A DNA stretch of 32,000 bases, taken from assembly GCA_964577555.1 (NCBI GenBank), contig CAZNZM010000004.1, positions 85,300 to 117,299 on the forward strand, written 5' to 3'. A model generated the notes under the pieces. It worked only from the letters and a program-made list of their open reading frames with translations. It did no database searches and had not been told where the DNA came from. Every line of letters starts with the position of its first letter. Positions within the stretch are counted from its first letter, which is position 1. Shown here piece by piece: positions 23,507-32,000 of the stretch. Made by a program: the position numbers and the translations under genes. This DNA is from an uncultured archaeon (lineage in GTDB: Archaea; Iainarchaeota; Iainarchaeia; Iainarchaeales; Iainarchaeaceae).

Positions 23507-24568
23507 GTGAACCAAAAAGAAAAATTCATGAAAGAAGCACTTAAAATAGCAGAAAAAGGAACAGGATTAGTACCACCAAATCCGATAGTAGGAGCAATCA
23601 TAGTAAAAGACGGAAAAATAGTTGGAAAAGGTTGGCACAAAAAATACGGAGAAAAACACGCAGAAGCAAACGCAATAGAAAACGCGGGAAAAAAAGCAAA
23701 AGGAGCAGAACTATACGTAACACTTGAACCATGCAACCATTACGGCAAACAACCACCATGCACAAAACTCATAATCAAAGCAGGAATAAAAAAAGTGTAT
23801 GCAGCAATAAAAGACCCAAACAAAAAATCCAAATCAGGCGGAAAAGAACTACAAAAAAAAGGAATACCAATAGAATTCGGACTATGCGCAGACAAAGCAA
23901 CAGAGCAAAACGAAATATTCATTAAAAACATGAAAACAAAAAAACCATTCATAGCACTTAAAATGGCAATGACAAAAAATGGCTATATAACTTGGGGCAA
24001 CGGAAAAAGAAAAAAAATTTCAGGAAAAAAAGCAATGGAATACTCGCAAAAACTCAGAAAAAAATACGACGCAATCCTAGTAGGAGTAAACACTATAATA
24101 AAAGACAATCCAAGGCTTATATACAAAAAAAACCAAAAATACAACCCTGCCAGAATAATACTTGACCCGAAAGCAAGATCCCCGCCAAATTCAAAAATAT
24201 TCAAACAAAAAGGAAAAACAATAATAGTTTGCACAAAAAAAGCAAACAAAGAAAAAATAAAAAAACTAGAAAAAAGAAACGTTGAAATACTCATTGCAAA
24301 AGAAAAAAAAGGAAAAATAAACCTTGAATGGCTACAAAAAAAATTATATGAAAAAGGAATAACTTCAATAATCATAGAAGGGGGAAAAAAAACAGCACTC
24401 GAATTTCTTAAAACAAAATTAATAGATAAATTCTACGCAATAATATCAAACAAAAAAATCAAAACAGGATTAAAAATATTCAAACTCAAAAACTCGGAAA
24501 TGGAAATAACAGAAATAAAAAAACTTGGAAAAGACACTCTAATAATACTTAAAAGGTGCTTGAAATGA
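23507..24568 (+). CDS. ribD: fused riboflavin-biosynthesis protein RibD (pyrimidine deaminase + reductase)
   Basis: Deaminase HAEANAI and LEPCNHYGKQPPC motifs, plus a RibD_C-like C-terminal half. GTG start with CAGGAG 8 nt upstream. Confidence 0.85.
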   Translation: MNQKEKFMKEALKIAEKGTGLVPPNPIVGAIIVKDGKIVGKGWHKKYGEKHAEANAIENAGKKAKGAELYVTLEPCNHYGKQPPCTKLIIKAGIKKVYAAIKDPNKKSKSGGKELQKKGIPIEFGLCADKATEQNEIFIKNMKTKKPFIALKMAMTKNGYITWGNGKRKKISGKKAMEYSQKLRKKYDAILVGVNTIIKDNPRLIYKKNQKYNPARIILDPKARSPPNSKIFKQKGKTIIVCTKKANKEKIKKLEKRNVEILIAKEKKGKINLEWLQKKLYEKGITSIIIEGGKKTALEFLKTKLIDKFYAIISNKKIKTGLKIFKLKNSEMEITEIKKLGKDTLIILKRCLK

Positions 24569-25461
24569 AAATAGCAATAACCGGCAGCGAAGGAATGATT
24601 GGCAAAGAACTTACAAAAAACCTAGAAAGAAAAAACCACAAAATAATCAAATGCACAAAACAAGAATGCAACATACTTGACATTGAAAAACTTAGAAAAA
24701 AATTCAAAGGTTGCAAGATAATTATACACCTTGCCGCACAACTTGACGAAAAAGCAAAAGACTTGTGGGAAGTAAATGTAAAAGGAACAGAAAATTGCCT
24801 CGAAGCGGCAGCAACAAATGGAATTGAACAATTTATTTACATAAGCAGCGTAGGCGTTTTTGGACTACAAAAAGGGCTAAAAGACGAATCAACAGAACCA
24901 AAACCAGAAACACTATACGAAAAAAGCAAATTAGAAGCTGAAAAAAAAGTTCTATCATACCAAGAAGTTTTCCACATAACAATATTGAGGCCTGCAATAG
25001 TAGTTGGAAACAATAAATATTGGAACCAAATAATCAAACTCATAAAAAAAGGTTTCCCAATTATTGGCAACGGAAAAAACCATTGGCAAACAATCTCCAC
25101 AGAAGATGTTGCAAATGCAATTGAATTCTGCATAGGCAACGAAAACACATACGGAGAAACATTCATAATAGCTGAAAAAAAACCGAAAACACTTGAAGAA
25201 ATCGTAAAAATAATAAGAAACGAATTGGAAATAAAAGGAAAAATAATAAAAATACCAGAATGGCTTGGAAAAATATTGGCAAAAATAAACACCATAATAA
25301 AATTCAACAACATACTCAACATAGAATACATTAAAAGGTTGCAAGCTGACAGGCACTATTCAATTTCAAAAATTGAAAAAATAGGATGGAAACCAAAAAA
25401 CAATTTTGAAGAAACAATAAAAAAAGTCATAGAACAAATGAAAAAAGACAACCAATTATAA
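24565..25461 (+). CDS. NAD-dependent epimerase/dehydratase family protein
   Basis: MKIAITGSEGMIGKEL Rossmann motif and YEKSK catalytic motif. ATGA overlap with the ribD stop. AAGGTG Shine-Dalgarno upstream. Confidence 0.85.
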   Translation: MKIAITGSEGMIGKELTKNLERKNHKIIKCTKQECNILDIEKLRKKFKGCKIIIHLAAQLDEKAKDLWEVNVKGTENCLEAAATNGIEQFIYISSVGVFGLQKGLKDESTEPKPETLYEKSKLEAEKKVLSYQEVFHITILRPAIVVGNNKYWNQIIKLIKKGFPIIGNGKNHWQTISTEDVANAIEFCIGNENTYGETFIIAEKKPKTLEEIVKIIRNELEIKGKIIKIPEWLGKILAKINTIIKFNNILNIEYIKRLQADRHYSISKIEKIGWKPKNNFEETIKKVIEQMKKDNQL

Positions 25462-25938
25462 AAAAAATATCGCCAAAACAAAAAAACCAATCAAAAAAAT
25501 AAGAAAACAAAATTGGCTCACAAAAAAACAAGCCACAACAAAATAATTGACAAAAAAAATCGTCCAACAAAAAAACCAAAAAAAACCACAAAAAAATGGC
25601 TCACCAAAAAAAACAAAAATTGTCTAAAAAAAGGCTCACAAAAAACAACAAAAAAACAGCCCGCAAAACAAATCCAAAAATAAAAAAAACAACCAGACAA
25701 AACAAAAAACAAAATTAATTACAAAAAAAAGACCACAAAAAAAATTGGCTCACAAAAAAAACAAAACCAAATTAAAAAAAACAAAAAAATAACAAAAAAA
25801 CTTGACAAGCAACATCAAAAAAAACAAGCCATGAAAAAAAATTCAAATAAAAAACAAATCACTCCTCAAAAAAATGGCTAGCCAAAAAAAAGACGTAAAA
25901 AAAGATTGATTAAAATAAAATCATTGAAAAATAATCAC
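25462..25938. repeat. A/C-rich intergenic island (~477 bp)
   Basis: Words include ATCGCCAA, TTGGCTCAC (twice), CAAGCCAC, TTGACA, TCGTCC, TGGCTCACC, GGCTCAC, CAGCCCGC, CTTGACAAGC, CAAGCCATG and the perfect palindrome TGGCTAGCCA (25875-25884). Confidence 0.8.
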
Positions 25939-26739
25939 TCACTCTTTCTCAGACTTTTCTAATTTTTCCTTGCCGGCCTTTCTAACAGCCGCAACTATTC
26001 TTTGCAATATAGACTTTGCTTTGACAAAATCATTGCTGTGATTCTCTATTGCAGTGCCTATATGCACAATATCAGCCCCGGCTTTAATGCAATCATAAGC
26101 GTATTTCTCATCTCTAACCCCGCCAGCAATTATGAGAGGAACATCAATCATTTTTTTAGTTAACGAAATCATCTCAACCGGAACCGGACTATCAGCACCA
26201 CCACCAGATTCAAGAATAACAAGGTGAGCCCCCATATATTGCCCTCCAAGAGCAGTTATGCCGGCAAGATAAGGCAAATCACGAGGAATTGGCTGAGCCC
26301 TGCCAACCCAACCAACAGCCCTGCCAGGTTCAACAATTATATAAGAAGTTGGAATTACTTCCAAACCAGTCTTCTTCAAAGGATAAGCAGCAACAATTTG
26401 AGCCCCGCTTATATAATAAGGGTCATTGCTATTAAGCATAGACATAAAATAAATAGCATCAGCATGTTTGCTAATACTTGCAATATTGCCTGGAAACAAA
26501 ATAACAGGCAACTTGGAATTGGCTTTCACCTGATTAATGGTGCTATCCAAAAGTTCCCCCTGGGCACCAACAGAACCGCCAACAGCAATAGCATCAACCC
26601 CTGATTCCTCAGCCACCTTTGCTATTTTGCCAGCAACAACAGGCTCTTGATTTGGCGGATCAACAACCAAAAAAACCAAACCGCCCTTCTCCTCAATTCC
26701 TTTCAATATGCTTTTGTATACTTTCCCAAAATGGTTCAT
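25939..26739 (-). CDS. geranylgeranylglyceryl phosphate synthase (PcrB/GGGPS family)
   Basis: 266 aa with a TIM-barrel GGGPS pattern (DAIAVGGS, VILFPGN, ILESGGGA, LIIAGGVRD). Confidence 0.88.
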   Translation of the reverse strand: MNHFGKVYKSILKGIEEKGGLVFLVVDPPNQEPVVAGKIAKVAEESGVDAIAVGGSVGAQGELLDSTINQVKANSKLPVILFPGNIASISKHADAIYFMSMLNSNDPYYISGAQIVAAYPLKKTGLEVIPTSYIIVEPGRAVGWVGRAQPIPRDLPYLAGITALGGQYMGAHLVILESGGGADSPVPVEMISLTKKMIDVPLIIAGGVRDEKYAYDCIKAGADIVHIGTAIENHSNDFVKAKSILQRIVAAVRKAGKEKLEKSEKE

Positions 26740-26773
26740 GGAACAACTATGTCCAAAAGCCTATATAAATTTT

Positions 26774-27433
26774 TCAGATGCCACTATTTTCCAATTCAAC
26801 AAGACAATACTTTATGTTTTCCGCCTGCTTTTTCTCCAAAACAGACCCATGCCCAGGATAAAGATATTTAAAATCCAAACAAGACAACTTACGAATACTT
26901 GCAATCAAATCACTCCTATTTCCGCTTGGCAAATCAAACCTGCCAAAAGCACCATTAAACAAAGTATCACCAGAAAACAAAACCCCGCTTTCTTCATCAT
27001 AAAAACAAACACTGCCCTTAGTATGCCCCGGAGTATCAATAACCTTGAAAACAAAATCAACTATTTCAAAAACCTGCCCAGGCTTATAAAAAAAATCTAT
27101 TTCAGGATAAAAATCCTGCATAAAACTCGAAGACACAGTAAAATAATCGGATTTGGCATTAACAAGCAACCCATCATGCAAACTCATCCACTTTTCAGCA
27201 CGAGGAAACAAAACCGCACCACCAATATGATCGGCATGCCCATGAGTAAAAAGAATCTTATGAATATCAATAGGCTTCAAACCCAATTCAGCCAAAGCCT
27301 TTTGAATATTAAAAGAATCAGACACAAGACCTGAATCAATAAGCACATTCTCAGAACCCCGCACAAGATAAATATTAGAGCCTGAAGAACCAAAAGACAA
27401 CAAATAAATAGAACCAAACAAACTCCTCAACAT
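26774..27433 (-). CDS. MBL-fold metallo-hydrolase
   Basis: HTHGHADHIGG metal-binding motif and a downstream TPGHTKGS motif. Confidence 0.88.
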   Translation of the reverse strand: MLRSLFGSIYLLSFGSSGSNIYLVRGSENVLIDSGLVSDSFNIQKALAELGLKPIDIHKILFTHGHADHIGGAVLFPRAEKWMSLHDGLLVNAKSDYFTVSSSFMQDFYPEIDFFYKPGQVFEIVDFVFKVIDTPGHTKGSVCFYDEESGVLFSGDTLFNGAFGRFDLPSGNRSDLIASIRKLSCLDFKYLYPGHGSVLEKKQAENIKYCLVELENSGI

Positions 27434-27449
27434 AATACAAATACTAAAC

Positions 27450-27464
27450 GCAATATTTAATTGC
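27450..27464. promoter_or_regulatory. palindrome-flanked AT box between divergent genes
   Basis: GCAAT-ATTTA-ATTGC, centred 24 nt from the minus-strand ATG (27433) and 30 nt from the plus-strand ATG (27487). Confidence 0.35.
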
Positions 27465-27486
27465 TGAACGTATTTTCTTAAAGTAC

Positions 27487-28311
27487 ATGACTCAAGAAAA
27501 CCTAAAAAAAATAATTACAAAAATATCAGAAAAAACAGGAAAAACAACAGAAGAAATAAACGAACTAATAAGAGCAAAAAAAAACAAATTTTCAGGACTA
27601 TTGACAGAATTTGGCGCAGCATTCCTCATAGCCAAAGAACACGGAATAGAACTTGAAAACGAACCAAAAAAAAGCACAAAAATAACAGAATTGAAACCAG
27701 GAATGAACAACATAGACATAATATGCAAAATAAAAATAATATTTCCTGTTAAAGAATTTGAAAAAAACGGAAAAAAAAGAAAATTACAAAACATGATAAT
27801 AGAAGACGATACAGGAGAAACAATAGCCACACTATGGAACGGAGACATAGAAAAACTAAAAAATATAAATGCAACAAAAGGAGAAAAAATAAAAATTACA
27901 AACTGCTACGTCTCAGAATACAACAACAAAACACAAATAAGCCTCAATTACAACAGCACAATTAATAGAGAAGAAAACACAAACACAGAAAAACAATTCA
28001 AAAAACTCAAAGAACTTGAACCAGGCCTGCAAAACATAGACATCAAAGCAGAAATTAGAAAAATATTCGGAATGAGAAACTTTGACACTCCAAAAGCAAA
28101 AGGAAAACTAATAACATTTATACTAGGCGACGAAGAAACCGAAATAAAGGCGACAGCATGGAACGAAAAAGCAGATGAAATAGCAAAAATACTTGAAGAC
28201 GAAACAATCATAATTGAAAACGCATACACAAAACAAGGAATCAACGACAACACAGAAATAAACCTTGGAAAAAACGCCAGAATAATAAGGCTGAAAAAAA
28301 ACCAAAACTAA
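27487..28311 (+). CDS. replication protein A-like ssDNA-binding protein (two OB folds)
   Basis: N-terminal helical domain (GLLTEFGAAFLIAKEHGIEL) followed by two OB repeats (IEDDTGETIATLWN, LGDEETEIKATAWN). Confidence 0.8.
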   Translation: MTQENLKKIITKISEKTGKTTEEINELIRAKKNKFSGLLTEFGAAFLIAKEHGIELENEPKKSTKITELKPGMNNIDIICKIKIIFPVKEFEKNGKKRKLQNMIIEDDTGETIATLWNGDIEKLKNINATKGEKIKITNCYVSEYNNKTQISLNYNSTINREENTNTEKQFKKLKELEPGLQNIDIKAEIRKIFGMRNFDTPKAKGKLITFILGDEETEIKATAWNEKADEIAKILEDETIIIENAYTKQGINDNTEINLGKNARIIRLKKNQN

Positions 28312-28445
28312 AAAAAACACACCGGCAAAGAACTACAAATTAATTTATAAATACATAAAAAAAACAATCAATTAAAGCATAGGGAAAAGGCAAGCTAAAG
28401 CCAAAAAGCGAAGCCAAAAAAAACCTGATGCAGGAGGAATCAAAA

Positions 28446-29399
28446 ATGGCGAAACAAATTAAAGAAATACAAGATCTGCCAGGAATAGGACAACAAGCGG
28501 CAGAAAAACTAATTAATGCAGGATACAAAACACTTGAATCAATTGCAGTAGCATCACCAGCCGAACTAATAGAAATAGCAGGACTAGGTGAAGGAACCGC
28601 AACAAAAGCAATCAACGCGGCAAGAGACGCACTAGAAATGGGATACGAATCAGCTGCAGAAATAGCAGAAAAAAGAAAACATGTTGGAAGACTTACAACA
28701 GGAAGCAAAGAAGTAGACAACCTTTTAGGCGGAGGAATTGAAACACAAAGCATAACAGAAATATACGGAAAATACGCAAGCGGAAAAACACAATGGTGCT
28801 TCCAAACAGCAGTAACAGTACAACTCCCAAAAGAAAAAGGAGGATTAGAAGGAGCATGCCTTTACATTGATTCAGAAAACAGTTTCAGACCAGAAAGAAT
28901 CCAAGCAATTGCAGAAGCACAAGGACTTGACCCAGAAAAAGTACTAAAAAACATTTACGTAGCACGCGCATACAACTCGGACCACCAAATACTATTAGCA
29001 GAAAAAGCTGGAGAAATCATAAAAGAAAAAAACATAAAACTAGTAATAGTTGACTCCTTAACATCCCAATTCAGAGCAGAATTCGTAGGCAGAGGAACAC
29101 TCGCGGAAAGACAACAAAAACTCAACAAACACATGAGAACACTACAAAAACTCGCAGAAATGAACAATATAGTAGTACTAGTAACAAATCAAGTAATGGA
29201 AAGACCAGACATACTGTTTGGGGACCCAACAGCACCAATAGGAGGCAACATAGTAGGACATGCAAGCAAAACAAGATTATATCTAAGAAAAAGCAAAGAA
29301 GACAAAAGAGTAGCAAAACTAGTAGACAGCCCACACCTCCCAGACGGAGAAGCAATCTACAAAGTAACGGAAAAAGGAATAGAAGACGTAGAAGACTAA
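28446..29399 (+). CDS. radA: DNA repair and recombination protein RadA
   Basis: HhH N-terminal domain (LPGIGQQAAEKLINAGY), Walker A GKYASGKTQ and Walker B LVIVDS. I prefer ATG 28446, with AGGAGG 8 nt upstream. Confidence 0.95.
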   Translation: MAKQIKEIQDLPGIGQQAAEKLINAGYKTLESIAVASPAELIEIAGLGEGTATKAINAARDALEMGYESAAEIAEKRKHVGRLTTGSKEVDNLLGGGIETQSITEIYGKYASGKTQWCFQTAVTVQLPKEKGGLEGACLYIDSENSFRPERIQAIAEAQGLDPEKVLKNIYVARAYNSDHQILLAEKAGEIIKEKNIKLVIVDSLTSQFRAEFVGRGTLAERQQKLNKHMRTLQKLAEMNNIVVLVTNQVMERPDILFGDPTAPIGGNIVGHASKTRLYLRKSKEDKRVAKLVDSPHLPDGEAIYKVTEKGIEDVED

Positions 29400-29549
29400 A
29401 AAAAACAATAAAAACTCTCCAACAAAAAAAACAAGAACGATTTAATAAAAAAAATAAAAACAGGTTTCTATAGAGTAAAAATACAAAAAAAGAAAAAAAC
29501 AAACCAGATTATTTTTTATTAATGACTCGCCCAATACTTTTTGAACAAC

Positions 29550-29798
29550 ATGAAAAACAATAAAAACACAAAAATAACGATTTATACAACCCCCACATGC
29601 ATATATTGCAAACTTACAAAAGAATTTTTTAAACAAAATGACATAAAATTCAAAGAATACAACGTAGCAAAAGACCTAAAAAAAGCCAAAGAAATGATTG
29701 AAAAATCGGGACAACAAGGAGTTCCGGTAATTGACATAAACGGCAAAATCATCATAGGATTCAACAAAAACGAATTAAAAGAAGCCTTGAATTTATAA
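29550..29798 (+). CDS. glutaredoxin-like protein (YruB/NrdH-like)
   Basis: ITIYTTPTCIYCK redox motif (CxxC) and GVPVIDING motif. I prefer ATG 29550. Confidence 0.85.
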   Translation: MKNNKNTKITIYTTPTCIYCKLTKEFFKQNDIKFKEYNVAKDLKKAKEMIEKSGQQGVPVIDINGKIIIGFNKNELKEALNL

Positions 29799-29808
29799 AG
29801 TGATTTTT

Positions 29809-30726
29809 ATGGAAAAATACGATCTTTTAATAATAGGCTCAGGAATAACAGGGTACTCCGCAGCAATATACGCGGCACGCTTCAAAATGAACACAATAGT
29901 AATAGGAGAACTACCTGGCGGCCTCATAACAACAACCCACCTAGTTGAAAACTGGCCAGGAATAATTTCAATCAGCGGCTTAGAACTAGCAGAAAACCTC
30001 AAAAAACACGCAGAAGCAAACGGAGTGCCTATTATAAACGACAAAGTCATAGACATAAAACAAAAAACAGACTCAACTTTTCAAGTAAAAACTTCAAATG
30101 GACAAGAATTTTCCACAAAAACAATATTATTCGCTACAGGAACTACAAGAAGAAAACTAGGAATCAAAGGCGAAAAAGAATTTGAAAACAAAGGAGTAAG
30201 CTATTGCGCAGTTTGCGACGGAGCACTATTCAAAAACAAAACAGTCGCAGTAATAGGAGGATCTGACAGCGCTGCAAAAGAATCACTTTACCTAGCAGAA
30301 CACGCTTCAAAAGTATATATTATATACAGAGGAGAAAAAATAAGAGCAGAACCAATAAACTACGAAAGAGTAACTCAAAACAAAAAAATTGAAATAATCA
30401 CCAAAAAAAACGTCATTGAAATTTATGGAGACCGAATAGTCCAAGGAGTAAAATTCAAAGAAGGCGGAGAACTAAAACTTGACGGAGTCTTCATAGAAAT
30501 AGGAGCAGACCCAAACAGCGAACTAGCTGCCAAACTCGGAGTCTCACTAAACGAAAAAAAAGAAATCATAATAGACATTGACAGCAAAACAAACATACCT
30601 GGAATTTATGCGGCGGGGGACGTTGCCAACAGACATTTTAAACAAGCAATAACAGGATCTGCTGAAGGAGTAATAGCGGCTTTTTCAGCATACGAATACA
30701 TAAACACGCCAAAAAACAAAAATTAA
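29809..30726 (+). CDS. trxB: thioredoxin-disulfide reductase
   Basis: FAD motif LLIIGSGITG, redox-active CAVCDG, NADPH motif VIGGSDSA and C-terminal GIYAAGDV. I prefer ATG 29809. Confidence 0.92.
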   Translation: MEKYDLLIIGSGITGYSAAIYAARFKMNTIVIGELPGGLITTTHLVENWPGIISISGLELAENLKKHAEANGVPIINDKVIDIKQKTDSTFQVKTSNGQEFSTKTILFATGTTRRKLGIKGEKEFENKGVSYCAVCDGALFKNKTVAVIGGSDSAAKESLYLAEHASKVYIIYRGEKIRAEPINYERVTQNKKIEIITKKNVIEIYGDRIVQGVKFKEGGELKLDGVFIEIGADPNSELAAKLGVSLNEKKEIIIDIDSKTNIPGIYAAGDVANRHFKQAITGSAEGVIAAFSAYEYINTPKNKN

Positions 30727-30734
30727 GTGATATT

Positions 30735-31106
30735 GTGCCATCAATTGCAATAATCGGAGCTTCAAACAACAAAGACAAATTCGGAAACAAATGCGTGAGA
30801 GCATACCTAAGCATTGGCTGGAAAGTCTTCCCAATAAACCCAAAAGAAAAAAACATAGAAGGATTAAAAAGCTATTCATCGATAACCGAATTACCAACAA
30901 AACCAGACAGAGTCTCAATATATCTTCCGCCAAACACAACAATCTCTTTAATACCTGAATTGCTCAAAGCCAAAATAAAAAACATTATACTTAACCCCGG
31001 CGCAGAATCAGAAGAACTCATAAAAGCACTTAACAAAAACGGAATAAAAACAACACTTGCGTGCAGTATAAGACTTGAAGGACTAAACCCAAACGACTTT
31101 CCATAA
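30735..31106 (+). CDS. CoA-binding domain protein (YccU/YneT-like)
   Basis: IAIIGASNNKDKFGNK...VFPINPK pattern. GTG start with AAGTGA upstream. Confidence 0.75.
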   Translation: MPSIAIIGASNNKDKFGNKCVRAYLSIGWKVFPINPKEKNIEGLKSYSSITELPTKPDRVSIYLPPNTTISLIPELLKAKIKNIILNPGAESEELIKALNKNGIKTTLACSIRLEGLNPNDFP

Positions 31107-31161
31107 ACCAAAAACCACATTTAATAAAAATATTTAGACTTAACCCAACCAAAATCATAAC

Positions 31162-32000
31162 ATGCAAAGATTTTCACTAAATGAAATAACAGAACAGGAA
31201 ATATTCAAAACAATCTCAAAAGCAATAACAGAAACAGAATTTTCAACTTTTACAATAGGAATAACCTCAAAAAACCCTGAATTAAAAAACAGCTTCAGCC
31301 AAAAAATCAAAGAATACATGACAACAACACTTTCTAAAAAATTCACAAACAAAAATTTCGAACTGTACATCCTAATCAACATTGACAAAGGAATTTTAGA
31401 AATAAAAACAACACCAATTTTCATATATGGACACTACAACAAATTCTCCAGAAACATTGCACAAACATTCCACTATTGCTTCAAATGCAAAGGAAAAGGA
31501 TGCAAATACTGTAAAGGCACAGGCAAACTCTCAGAACATTCAGTTCAAGAAATTTTAGAAAAGTATTTTATTCCGGCATTTAAAGCCACAAAATCAAAAT
31601 TTCACGGATGCGGCAGAGAAGACGTGGACGTCAGAATGCTTGGTTCAGGCAGACCATTCATAATAGAACTAATCAACCCAATAAAAAGAAATTTTGACTT
31701 GGCTTTGCTTGAAAAAAAAATAAATTCAAAACACAAAAAAATAATTTCCATATCAAATTTAAGATTTTCCGAGAAAAAAGAAGTTGAGCGCATCAAAAAC
31801 TCAGAATTTGAAAAAATATACTCGGCATTGTGTCATTATGAAGGTAATTTAAAAGAAACAACACTTCATGGGTTAATAGGCAAAGAATACCTAATTTTTC
31901 AAAGAACACCTCAAAGAGTGGAAAAGCGCAGAACTGACAAAGAAAGAATAAAAAAGGCAAAATTACTATCAGCAAAAATAATAGGAAAAAACCTTTTTTC
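31162..32000 (+). CDS. pus10: tRNA pseudouridine synthase Pus10 (3' end beyond the window)
   Basis: Translated by hand from ATG 31162. YGHYNKFSRNIAQT, CFKCKGKGCKYCKGTG cysteine cluster and catalytic GCGREDVDVRMLGSGRPFIIE. The frame stays open to the window edge. Confidence 0.85.
   Translation, partial: MQRFSLNEITEQEIFKTISKAITETEFSTFTIGITSKNPELKNSFSQKIKEYMTTTLSKKFTNKNFELYILINIDKGILEIKTTPIFIYGHYNKFSRNIAQTFHYCFKCKGKGCKYCKGTGKLSEHSVQEILEKYFIPAFKATKSKFHGCGREDVDVRMLGSGRPFIIELINPIKRNFDLALLEKKINSKHKKIISISNLRFSEKKEVERIKNSEFEKIYSALCHYEGNLKETTLHGLIGKEYLIFQRTPQRVEKRRTDKERIKKAKLLSAKIIGKNLF

Overview
AT-rich archaeal chromosome segment. The archaeal information-processing genes and the small, Lys-rich proteins suggest a DPANN-type archaeon (inference only). 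I call about 45 protein genes and 3 tRNAs: Val-TAC, Gly-GCC and Gly-TCC. I see no rRNA, CRISPR array, transposase or integrase. Recognisable genes: NurA and HerA with an untracked 37-aa zinc-ribbon ORF between them; an AlaX-type editing protein split by an in-frame TGA; Pth2; a circularly permuted GTPase; Hjc; DUF167; DnaG primase; a transglutaminase-like surface protein; Tmk; RNase P Rpp21; the conserved archaeal cluster S19e / PDCD5-like / L39e / L31e / aIF6 / LX / prefoldin alpha / FtsY; a small OB-fold protein; a TRAM protein; SRP54; an A24 prepilin-type peptidase; fused RibD; an NAD-epimerase; GGGP synthase; an MBL hydrolase; an RPA-like protein; RadA; glutaredoxin-like protein / TrxB / CoA-binding protein; and a 3'-truncated Pus10. 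Main observations: (1) The top strand is A/C-rich and G-poor whatever the gene orientation, which gives two codon and proteome classes. (2) Seven almost pure A+C intergenic islands total about 2.4 kb. They are punctuated by short G/T-containing, partly palindromic words and share shuffled modules, including a 41-nt perfect copy and a ~95-nt ~96% identical copy 17.6 kb apart. I cannot assign them a function; they are my best candidate for something undescribed. (3) The AlaX gene has a TGA exactly where the family has a conserved Trp, and its zinc-ligand Cys is replaced by Asp. (4) There are candidate small genes and structured GC-rich RNA elements at operon boundaries. All composition and identity statements come from reading the sequence by eye, not from computed statistics.
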